Below, piece by piece: positions 1 through 12,500 of a stretch of DNA of 64,000 nt. A model generated the notes under the pieces. It was not told the origin of the DNA and did not search any database. It saw only the letters and a program-made list of their open reading frames with translations. The position numbers were made by a program, and so were the translations under genes. The stretch is from the human T2T-CHM13v2.0 reference genome, Homo sapiens. How positions within the stretch are numbered: position 1 is the first letter of the stretch; the number at the start of each line of letters is the position of its first letter. The stretch lies in the NCBI RefSeq assembly GCF_009914755.1, contig NC_060941.1; one strand, written 5' to 3'.

Positions 1-3000
1 AAAAAATGGAATGGAACGGAATCGAATTGAATCGAATCAAATTGAATGGAATCGAATGGCATTGAATGGAATCGAATGGAATGCAATGAAGTAGAATGCA
101 GAGGACTGGAATGGAGTGGAATGGAATGGGGAGGAATGGAATTGAATGGAGTGGAGTGGAATGGAGTGGAACGGAATGGAATGAGAAGGAATGGAATTGA
201 ACCAAGTGGAGTGGCGTGGAGTGAAATGGAATGGAATGGAATGGAATGGAATGGAATGGAATGGAATGGAATGGAATGGAATGGAATGGTGAAATGAAAT
301 GTGAGCTTCGATTGTGCACTGCACTCCAGCCTGGGTGACAGAGTGAAATCCTCTCAAAAGAAAGGAATGGAATGGAATGGATTTAGAATGGAATGTAATG
401 GAATGGAGTGGAGTGGATTGGAGTGGCGTGGAGTGGAGTGGAACAGAATGGAGTGGTACGGATTGTTATGGAATGGAGTGGAGTGTAGTGGAGTGGGCTG
501 GAAGGGAGTTTAGTGGAATGAAGTGGAATGGAATGGGATCGAATGGAATAGAGTGTAGTGGAGTGGAAAGGTGTAGAATGGAATGGACTCTAATGGAGTT
601 GAGTGGAGTGGAGTGGAGTTGAGTGGAGTGGAATTGAGTGAAGGGGAATGGAGAGGAGTGGAATGTAGTGGAGTGGGGTGGAGTGGAGTGGGTTGGAGTG
701 GAGTGGAGTGCAATGGAATGGAATGGAAAGAAATGGAATGGAATCGAAAGGAATTGAATGGAATGGAAAGGAATGGAATGGAATGGAAAGGAATGGAATG
801 GAATGGAATGGAATGCAATGGAATGGAATGGACTGGTGAAATGAAATGTGAGCTGAGATAGTGCACTGCACTCCAGCCTAGGTGACAGAGTGAGATCCTG
901 TCGAAAGAAAGGAATGGAATGAAATGGGTTTACAATGGAATGGAAAGGAATGGAGTGGATTGGAGTGGAGTGGGGTGGAGTGGAGTGGAATGGAGTGGAA
1001 TGGAATGGAGTGGAGTAGAATGGACTGGAGTGGAGTGGAATTGACAGGAGTGGAATGGACTGGAGTGGAGTGGAATGGCATGGAGTGCAGTGGAGTGGAG
1101 TGGAGTGGAATGGAGTGGAGTGGAGTGGATTAGAGTGGACAGGAGTGGAGTGGAATGGAATGGAATGGGGTGAAATGGAATTCAATGGAGTGGAGTGGAG
1201 GGGAATGGAGGGCAGTGGAATGGAATGGGAAGGAAAGGAATTGAACGGAGTGGAGTGGAATGGAATGCAATGGAATGAAAGGGAATGGAATGGTAAAATG
1301 AAACGTGAGCTGAGATTGTGCACTGCAATCCAACCTGGTAGACAGACTGAGATCCTGTCAAAAGAAAGGAATGGAAAGGAATGGATTTAGAATGGAATGT
1401 AATGGAATGGAGTGGAGTGGAGTGGCGTGGATTGAAGTGGAGTGGTGTGGAATGGAGTGGTATGGATCGTTACGGAATGGAATGGAATGGAATGGAATGG
1501 AATGGAGTGGAGTGGATTGGATTGGGGTGGAGTAGAGTGGAGAGGAATAGAGTGGAATGGAGTGGTATGGAATGGAATGGAATGGAATGGAATGGAATGG
1601 AATGGAATGGAGTGTAGTGGAGTGGAGTGGAAAGGTGCAGAATGGAATGGAACAGAGTGGAGTGCAGTGGAGTGGAGTCTATTAGAATGTAGTAGAATGG
1701 AGTGGAATGGACTGGATTGTAATGGAGTGGATTGGAGAGGACTGGAGTGGAATGGAATGGAGTTGAGTGGAATGGAATGGAATAAAATGGAATGGAATGC
1801 AATACAATGGAATGGAGTGGAGCGAAATGGAATGTAATGGAGTGGAATGGAATGGAACGGAATGAAACGGAATGGAATACAATGGAATGGAATCAAATTG
1901 AATGGAATGGAATTGAATGGATTGGATTCGAATAGAATCGAATGCAATGGAATGGAAATGAATGGAATGGAATCGAATGGAATGTGGTAAAACGGAGTAG
2001 AGTGTAGTGGAATGGAGTGGAATGAAATGGGGTGGAATGGAATTGAATGGAGTGGAGTGGAATGGAATGGGAAGGAATGGAATTGAACGGAATGGAGTGG
2101 AGTTGACTGGAGTGGAATGAAATGTAATGGAATGGAATCAAATGGAATGGTGAAATGAAATGTGAGCTGAGATTGCACACTGCACTCCAGCTTGGGTGAG
2201 AGAGTGAAATCCTGTCGAAAGAAGGAAGGGAATGGAATGGATTCAGAATGGAATAGATTTAGAATGGAATGTGATGGAACAGAGTGGAGTGGAGTGGATT
2301 GGAGTGAAATGGAGAGGAATGGAATCGAGTGGAGTGGAATGGAATGGAATGGAATAAAATGGAATGGAGTGAAATGGAGTGTCATGGAATGGAATGGAAT
2401 GGAGTGGAGAGGAATGGAGTTGAGTGGAGTGGAAAGGAATGGAGTGGAGTGGAATGGAGTGGAGTGGAATGGAATGGAAGGGAATGGAATGGAATCGAAT
2501 GGAATCAAATCAAAAGAATGAAATGGCATAGAATGAAATCGAATGGAATGCGATGTAGTGGAGTGGAATGCAGTGGAATGGAATGGGGTGGAATGGAATT
2601 GAATGGAGTGGAGTGGAGTGGCGTGGAACGGAGCGGAATGGAATTGAATGGGAAGAATGGAATTGAACGGAGTGGAGTGGAGTGAAGTGGAATGGAATGC
2701 AATGAAATGGAATGGAATGGTGAAATGAAATGTGAGCTGAGAATCTGCACTGCACTCCATACTGGGTGACAGAGTGAGATCCTGTCGAAAGAAAGGAATG
2801 GAATGCAATGGATTTAGAATGGAAAGTAATGGAATTTAGTGGAGTGGAGTGGCGTGGAGTGGAGTGTAGTGGAATGAAGAGGTATGGATTGTTATGGAAT
2901 GGAATGGAATGGAGTTGAGTGGACTTGAGTGGGGTGGAGTGGAGTGGAGTGGAGTAGAAAGGTGCAGAATAGAATGGAGTGGAATGGAGGGCAGCGGAGG

Positions 3001-6000
3001 GGAATGGAGTTGAGTGGAGTGGAATGGAATGGAGTGGAATGGAGTGGAGGGGAGTATAATGGAGTGGAGTGGAGTGGAGTGAAGTAGAGTGGAATGGACT
3101 GGAGTGGAGTGCAATTGACTGGAGTGTAATGGAATGGATGTGAGTGGAATGGAATGGATTGGAGTGGAATGGAATGGAATGGAGTGGAGTGGAGTGGAAT
3201 GGAGTGGAGTGGAGTGGTGTAATGGATTGGAATGGAATGGAATGGAATGCACTGGAATGGAATGGAATGGAATGGAATGGAATGGAATGGAATGCAAGGG
3301 AATCTAATGGATTGTAATCAAATGGAATCAAATGGAATCGAGTGGAATGGAATGGAATTGCATGGAATGGAATCAAATGGAATGGAATCAAATGACATTG
3401 AATGGAATTAAATGGAATATGGTGAACTGGAGAGGAGTGTCGTGTAATGCAGTGGAAAGGACTGGGGTGGAAAGGAATTGAATGGAATCGAGTGGAGTGG
3501 AATGGAGTGGAGCGGAATGGAATGAGAAGGAATGGAAGTCAACAGAGTGGAGTGGAGTGGATTGGAATGGAATGCGATCGAATTTAATGGAATGGAATGG
3601 TGAAATAAAATGTGAGCTGAGATTGAGCACTGCACTCCAGCCTGGGTGACAGAGTGAGATCCTGTCGAAAGAAAGGAATGGAATGGAATGGATATAGAAT
3701 GGAATGGAATGGAATGGAATGGATTTAGAATGGAATGGAATGGAGTAGAGTGGAGTGGAGTGGAATTGTGTGGAATGGAATGGAGTGGAGTGGAATGGAA
3801 TGGAATGGAACAGAATGGAATGGAGTGGAATTGAGTGTAGTGGAATGGAATGGAATGGGGTGGAGTGGAATGGAGTGGAATGCTGTGGAATGGAGTGGAA
3901 TGGAATGGAATGGAGTGGAGTGGAGTGGAATGGAATGGAGTGGAATGGAATGGAATGGAATGGAGTGGAATGGAATGGAATGGAATCAAATGGAATCGAA
4001 TGGAATGGAAATGAATCGAATAGAATCGAATCGAATGGAATTGAATGTAATGGAATGGAAATGAATCGAATAGAATAGAATCGAATGGAATTGAATGTAA
4101 TGGAATGGAATAGAATCAAAAAAATGGAATCGAATGGAATCGAATAGAATGGATTCAAATGGCATAGAATTGAATCAAATGGAATGTGGTGAAATGGAGT
4201 GGAGTGGAGTGGAAAGGATTGGAATGAAATGAGGTGGAATGGAATTGAATGGAGTGGAGTGGAGTGGAATTGAGTGGAGTGGAATGGAATGGGAAGGAAT
4301 CTAATTTAATTGAGTGGAGTAGAATTGAGTGGAGTGGAATAGAATGGAATGGAACGGAATGGAATGGAATTGAATGGAATGGAATCAAATGGAATCTAAT
4401 GGAATCTAATGGAATCAAATGGTTTTGAATCGAATCGAATTGAGTGAAATTGAATGAATTGAATGGAATTAAAAGGAATCAAATGAAATCGAATGGAACC
4501 AAATGGAAAAAATGAAATCGAATGGAATTGAATGTAATAGAATCAAATGGAATCGATTGGCATCGAATGGAATCCAGTGGAATGTGGTGAAATGGAGTGG
4601 AGTGGAGTGGAATGGAGTGGAATGGAATGGGGTGGAATGGAATTGAATGCAGTGGAGAGGAGTGGAATGGATTGGGATGGAATGGGATGGAATGGAATTG
4701 ACGGAGTGGAGTGGAGTGGAGTGGAATGGAATGGAATGGAATGGAGTGCAATGGAATGGAATAGAGTGGAATGGAATTTAAGGGAATGGAATGGTGAAAT
4801 GAAAGGTGAGCAGAGATTCTGCACTGCACTCTAGCCTGGGTGACAGAGTGAGATCCTGTTGAAAGAAAGGAATGGAATGGAATGGATTTGTAATGGAATT
4901 CAATGGAATGTAGTGGAGAGGAGTGGCGTGGAGTGGAGTGGAGTGGAATGGATTGTTATGGAATGGAATGAAGTGGAGTGGAGTGGAGTGGAATGGATTG
5001 GAGTGGAATGGAGTGGAATGGAATGGGATGGAATGGAAAGGAGTAGAGTGTAGTGGTGTGGAGTGGAAAGGTGTAGAATGGAATGGATAGGAATGGAGTG
5101 GAGAGGAGGTGAGTGGAGTGGAATGGAACGGAGTGGAATGGTGTGGAGAGGAGTGGCATGGAGTGGAGTGCAGTGGAGTGAAGTGAAGTGGAATGGAATG
5201 GAGTATAGTGGAATGGAATGGAGTGGAGTGGAATGGACTGGAGGGGATGGAATTGACTGGAGTGGAAAGGAAAGGACTGTAGTGGAATGGAATCGAATGG
5301 ATTGGATTAGAGTGGAATGGAGTGGAGTGGAGTGTTATGGAGTGGAATGGAATGGAATGTTGTGGAGTGGAGTGGAGTGGAATGGAGTGGAGTGGAATGG
5401 AGTGTAGTGGAATGGAGTGGAATGGAATGGAGTGGAGTGGAGTGGAATGGAAAGGGTGCAATAGAGTGGAGTGTAGTGGAATGGATGGGAGTGGAATTGA
5501 ATGGAATCGAATGGGATGGAATGGAATGGAGTGGAGTGGAATTGAGTGGAATGGATTGGAATGGAATGGAATGGAATGCAATGGAACGCAATGGAATGGA
5601 ATGGAATGGAGTGGATTGGAATCGAACGGAATGGAATGGAACCAAATGGAATGGAATTGAATGAAATCAAATGGAATGGAATTGAATCGAATGGCATGGA
5701 ATCGAATGGCATCTAATGGAATCGAATGGAGTGGAGAGGAATGGAATGGAATGGAATGCAGTGGAATGGAAATGAGTGGAGTTGAGTGGAGTGGGGTGGA
5801 ATGGAGTGGAGTGGAATGGAATGGGAAGGAATGGAATTGCACGGAGTGAAATGGAGTGGAGTGGAGTGGAATGGAATGCAATGGAAAGGAATGGAATGGA
5901 ATGGTGAAATGAAATGTGAGCTGAGATTGTACACTGCACTCCTAGACTGGGTGACAGAGTGAGATCCTTTCAAAGGAAAGGTACAGAATGGAATAGATTT

Positions 6001-9000
6001 AGAATGGAATGGAATGGAATGGATTTAGAATGGAATGGAATGGAGTGGATTGGAGTGGAGTGGAGTGGAGTTGAGTGGAGTGGAATAGAGTGGAATGGAA
6101 TGGAGTGGGGTGGAGTGGAATGGAATGGAATGGAATGGAATGGAGTCCAAAGGAGTGGAGTGGAATGGAATCAAACGGAGTGGAGTGGAGTGGAATGAAA
6201 TGGAGTGGAATAGAATGGAATGGAGTGGAACGGAATTGAATGTAATGGAATGGAATGGAGTGGAGTGGAGTGGAATGGAGTGGAGTGGAATGGAATGGAA
6301 TGGAATGAGATGGAATGGAATGGATTGGAATCGAATGGAATGGAATGGAATCGTATGGAATGGAACCAAATGAAATCAACTGGAATGGAACAGAATCAAA
6401 TGGAATGGAATTGAATGGCACCAAATGGAATGCGGTGAATTGGAGAGGAGTTGAGTGGAATGGAGAGGAATGAAAAGAGGTGGAATGGAAATGAATGGAC
6501 TGGAGTGGAGTAGAATGGAGTGGAGTGAAACGGAATGGGAAGGAATGGAATTGAATGGAGTGGATTGGAGTGGAGTGGACTGGAATGAAATGAAATGGAA
6601 TGGAATGGAATGGAATGGAATGGAATGGAATGGAATGGAATGCAATGGAATGGAATGGAATGGAATGGAATGCAATGGAATGGAATGGAATGGAGTGGAA
6701 TGGAATGGAATGGTGAAACGAAATGTGAGCTGAGATTGTGCACTGCACTCCAGCCTTGGTGACAGAGTGAGATCCTGTCAAAAGAAAGGAAAGGAATAGG
6801 ATGGATTTAGAATGCAATGGAATGGAATGGAGTGGAGTGGAGTGGCCTGGAGTGTAGTGGAGTGGAAAGAAGTGGTATGGATTGTTATGGAATGGAATGG
6901 AAAAAAGTGGAGTGGAGTGTAGTGGGATGGAGTGGAGTGGAGTGGAATGGAGTGTAATGGAATGGGATGGAATAGAATGGAGTGGAGTGGAGTGGAAAGG
7001 TGTATAATGGAAAAGAATGGAATGCAGTGGAGTGGAAAGGTGTATAATGGAAAAGAATGGAATGCAGTGGAGTGGGGGGAGTGGATTTGAGTGGAGTGGA
7101 ATGGAATGGTGTGGAATGGAGTGGAGGAGAGTAGAATGGATTGGAGTGAAGTGGAGTGGAATGGATTGGAGTGTAGAGGAATTGACTGGAGTGGAATGGA
7201 ATGGACCAGAGTGGAAGGAGTGGACTAGAGTGGAGTGGAATGGAGTGGAGTGGTATGGAGTGGAATGGAACGGAATGGAATGGAATGCATTGGAATGGCA
7301 TGGAGTGGAATGGAATGGAATGGAATACAATGGAATGGAATGGAATGAATTTGAATAAATTGGAATCAAATGGAATCAAACTGAATCTAATGGAATGGAA
7401 TGAAATCGAATGGAATGGTATCAAATGACATCAAATGGAATGGAATGGAATGTGGTGAACTGGAGAGGAGAGGTGTGGAATGCAGTGGAATGGACTGGGG
7501 TGGAATGGAACTGAATGCAGTGGAGTGGAGTGGAGAGGAATGCAGTGTAGTGGAATGGAAAGGAAAGGAATGGAAATGAACAATGTGGAGTGGAGTGGAA
7601 TGGAATGCAATATAATGGAATGGTGAAATAAAATGTGAGCTGAGATTGTGCACTGCTCTCCAGCCTGGGTGACAGTGAGATCCTGTCGAAAGAAAGGAAG
7701 GGAATGGAATGGATTGAGAATGGAATGCAATGGAATGGATTTAGAATGGAATGGAATGGAGTGTAGTGGTTTGGAGTGGAGTGGAGTGGAGTGGAATTAT
7801 GTGGAATGGAATGGAGTGGAGTGGAATGGAATGGAATGGAATGGAATGGAATGGAGTGGAATGGAATGGAGTGGAGTAGAACGGAATGGAGTGGAGTAGA
7901 ACGGAGTGGAGTGGAATGGAATGGAATGGCATGGAATGGAATCAAAAGGAATGGAATGGAATCGAATCGAATCAAATCGAATTGAATCGAATCAAATTGA
8001 ATCAAATGGAATCGAATGGAATCGAATGGAAAAAATGGAATCAAATGGAATCGAATGGAATCAAATCAAATGGAATCGAACGGCATTGAATTGAATCAAA
8101 TGGAATGCGGTGAAATGGAGTGGAGTGGAGTGCAATGCATTGGAATGGAATGGAGTGGAATGGAATTGAATGGAGTGGAGTGGACTGCAGAGGAATTGAG
8201 GGGGGGAATGGAATGGGAAGGAATGGGAATGAATGGAGTGGAGTAGAATTGAGTGGAGTGGAATGGAATGGAATGGAATGGAATGGAATGGAATGGAATC
8301 AAATGGAATGAAATGGAACGGAGTGGAATGGAATGGAACGGAATCGAATGGAATGGAATCAAACGGAATCGAATGGAATCGATTGGAATCAAATGGTTTT
8401 GAATCAAATCCAATTGAATCAAATTGAATCATATGGAATCAAAAGGAATCGAATTGAATCGAATGAAATTGAATTGAATCAAATGGAAAAAATGAAATTG
8501 AAAGGAATTGAATAGAATTGAATCGAATGGAATCGAGTGGCATCAAATGGAATCTAATGGAATCAAACGGAATCAAATTGAAAGAATCGAATGGTGTAGA
8601 ATGAAATCGAATGGAATGTGATGAAGTGGAGTGTAGTGGAATGCAGTGGAAAGGAATGGGGTGGAATGGACTTGAATGGAGTGGAGGGGAGTGGCGTGGA
8701 ATGGAGTGGAATGAAATGGAATGGGAAGGAATGGAATTGAGTGGAGTGGAGTGGAGTGAAGTGGAATGGAATGCAATGGAATAGTATGGAATGGAATGGT
8801 GAAATGAAATGTGAGCTGACAATCTGCACTTCACTCCATACTGGGTGACAGAGTGAGATCCTGAAGAAAGAAAGGAAGGGAATGGAATGGATTTAGAATG
8901 GAAAGTAAGGGAATTTAGTGTAGTGTAGAGGAGTGGAGTGGAGTGGAGGGGAATGGAGTTGTGTGGATCGTTATGGAATGAAATGGAATGTTGTTGAGTG

Positions 9001-9599
9001 GAGTGCAGTGGGGTGGAGTGCAATGGAGTGGAGTGGAGTAGAAAGGTGCAGCATGGAATAGAGTGGAATGGAGCAGAGGGGAGTGGAGTGGAGTTGAGAT
9101 GAGTAAAATGGAATGGAGTGGAGTGGAGTGAAGTGGAGTGGAATGGACTGGAGTGGAGTCGAAATGACTGGAGTGGAATGGAATGGACGTGAGTGGAACG
9201 GAATGGATTGGAGTGGAATGGAGTGGAGTGGAATGGAATGGAGTGGAGTGGTATGCAGTGGAATGGAATGGAATGGATTGGAATGGAATGGAATGGAATG
9301 CATTGGAATGGAATGGAGTGGAATGGAATGGAATGCAATGGAATGGAATGGAATGGAATGGAATGGAATGGAATGGAATGGAATGGAATGGAATGCTAGG
9401 GAAACGAATGGATTGGAATGCAATGGAATTTAATGGAATGGAATGGAATGCTAGGGAAACGAATGGATTGGAATCAAATGGAAACGATTGGAATTGAGTG
9501 GAATGGAATGGATTCGAATGGAATGGAATCAAATGACATCGAATGGAATCAAAAGCAATGTGGTGAATTGGAGAGGAGTGTCATGGAATGCGGTGGAAT

Positions 9600-12500
9600 G
9601 GACAGGGGTGGAATGGAATTGAATGGAGTGGAGTGGAGTGGACTGGAATGTAATGCAATAGAATGGAATGGAATGGAATGGTGAAATAAAATGTGAGTTG
9701 AGATTGTGCACTGCACTCCAGCCTGGGTGACAGAGTGAGCTCCTGTCGAAAGAAAGGACGGGAATGGAATAGATGTAGAATGGAATGGATTTAGAATGGA
9801 ATGGAATGGAGTGGAGTGGAGTGGAGTGGAGTGAAGTAGAGTGGAATTGTGTGGAATGGAATTGAGTGGAGTGGAATGGAATGGAATGGAATGAAATGAA
9901 ATGGAGTGGAATGGAGTGGAATCGAGTGGAGTGGCATGGAATGGAATGGGGTGGAGTGGAATGCTGTGGAATGGAGTGGAATTCAATGGAGGGGGGTGGA
10001 ATGGAGTGGAGTGGAATGGAATGGAGTGGAATGGAATGGAATGAAATGCAATAGAATGGAATGGAACTGAGTGGAACGGAACGGAATTGAATCAAATCGA
10101 ATCGACTCAAATCAAATAGAATCAAATCAAATGAATCGAATGGAATTGAATGGAATCAAATAGAACAAATGGAATCGAAATGAATCAAATGGAATCGAAT
10201 CGAATGGAATTGAATGGCATGGAATTGAATCAAAAGGAATGCAGTGAAAAGGAGTGGAGTGGAGTGGAAAGCATTGTAATGAAATGGGGTGGAATGGAAT
10301 TGAATGGAGTGGAGTGCAGTGAAGTGGAATTGAGTGGAGTGGAATGGAATGGGAAGGAATGGAATTTAATGGAGTGGAGTAGAATTGAGTGAAGTGGAAT
10401 GGAAAGAAATGGAATGGAATCGAATGGAATGGAATGGAATCGAATGGAATAGAATTGAAGGGAATTGAAAGGAATCGAATGGAATCAAATGGTTTTGAAT
10501 CAAATCGAATAGAATCAAATCAAATGAAATCGAGTGGAATCGAATGAAATCGAAAGGAAAAAATGAAATTGAATGGAATAAAATGGAATCGAATCGAATG
10601 GAATTGAGTGGCATCAAATGGAATCGAATGGAATGCGATGAAATGTACTGGAGTGGAGTGGAATGGAGTGGAATGGAATGGGGTGGAATGGAATTGAATG
10701 GAGTGGAGATGAGTGCAGTGTATTGAAATGGAATGGAATGGGAAGGAATGGATTTGAACGGAGTGGAGTGGAGTGAAGTGGAGTGGAATGGAATGGAATG
10801 GAATGGAATGGAATGGAAAAGAGTGGAATGGAATTTAATGGAATGGAATGGTGAAATGAAAGGTGAGCTGAGATTGTGCATGACACTCCAGCCTGGGTGA
10901 CAGAGTGAGATCCTTTTGAAAGAAAGGAATGGAATGGAATGGATTTAGAATGGAATGTAATGGAATGTAGTGGAGGGGAGGGGAGTGGCGTGGAGTGGGG
11001 AGGAGTGGAGTGAAATGGAGTGGAATATATTGTTACAGAATGGAATGGAGTGGAGTGGAGTAGGATGAAGTGGAGTAGAATGGAGTGGCATGGAGTGGAA
11101 AGGAATGGGATGAAACGGAATGGAGTAGACTGTAGTGGTGTGGAGTGGAAAGGTGTAGAATGGAATGGATTGAAAAGGATTGGAGTGGAGTGGAATGGAA
11201 TGGAATGGAATGGTGTGGAGAGGAGTAGAATGGAGTGGAGTGGAGTGCAGTGGAGCGAAGGGATGTGGAAAGGAATGAGTGCAGTGGAATGGAATGGAGT
11301 GGAGTGGAATGGACTAGAAGGGATGGAATTAACTGGAGTGGAATTGAATGGACTATACTGGAATGGAATGGAATGGAGTGGAGTGGAATGGAGTGGAATG
11401 GAGTCATATGGTGTGGAATGGAATGCAATGTTGTGGAGTGGAGGAGAGTGGAGTGGAGTGGAATGGAGTGTAGGGGAATGGAGTGGAATGGAATGGAGAA
11501 GAATGGAGTGGAATGGAGGGGGTGGAATGGAGTGGAGTGGAGTGGAGTGGTTTGGATTGCAATGGAATGGAATCCAAGGGAATGGAAAAGAATGGAATGG
11601 AATGGAATGGAATGGAATGGAATGATGTGGAGTGGAATGGAGTGGAATGAATTGGAATAGAATGGAATGCAATGGAAGGCAATGCAACGGAATGGAATGG
11701 AAGGGAATGGAGTGGAATGGAAAGGAATGGATTTGAATCGAACAGAATGTAATGGAATTGAATGGAATGGAATCGAATGAAATCAAATGGAATGTAATAG
11801 AATTGAATGGAAAGGAATCGAATAGCATCGAATGGAATCAAATGGAATGCGGTGAAGTGGAGTGGAGTGGAATGGAGTGGAATGGAATGGGGTGGAATGG
11901 AATTGAATGGAGCAGAGTGGAGTGGGGTGGAATGGAGTGGAGTGGAATGAAATGGGAAGGAATGGAATTGAACGGAGTGAAGTGGAGTGGAGTGGAATGG
12001 AATGCAATGGAATGGAATGGAATGGTGAAATGTGAGCTGAGATGGTGCACTGCACTCCAGCCTGAGTGACAGAGTGAGATCCTTTCGAAAGAAAGGAATG
12101 TAATGGAATGGATTTAGAATGGAATGGAATGGAATGGATTTAGAATGGAATGGAGTGGATTGGAGTGGAGTGGAGTGGAGTGGAGTGCAATGGAGTGGAA
12201 TGGAATGGAGTGGAGTGGAATGGAATGGACTGGAATGGAGTGCAATGGAGTGGAGTGGAATGGAATGGAATGAAGTGGAGTGGAGTGGAGTGGAATGGAG
12301 TGGAGTGGAGTGAAATGAAGTGGAGTGGAATAGAATGGAAAGCAGTGGAATGGAATTGAATGGAATGCAGTGGAATGGAGTCAAGTGGAGTGGAATGGAG
12401 TGGATTGGAATGGAGTGGAATGGAGTAGTGTGGAGTGGAGTGGAGTGGAGTGGAGTGGAATGAAGTGATGTGGAATGAAATGGAATGGAATGGATTGGAA

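Noticed and set aside
301-363. Cassettes as Pol III-transcribed or mobile SINEs
   Set aside because: The fragment lacks the left-arm A and B boxes and a poly(A) tail. Shared junctions point to DNA-level amplification.
2142-2230. Recurrent peptides GEMKCELRLCTALQPG and [20 protein letters not shown] that look like conserved domains
   Set aside because: These are translations of the Alu cassette on the two strands.
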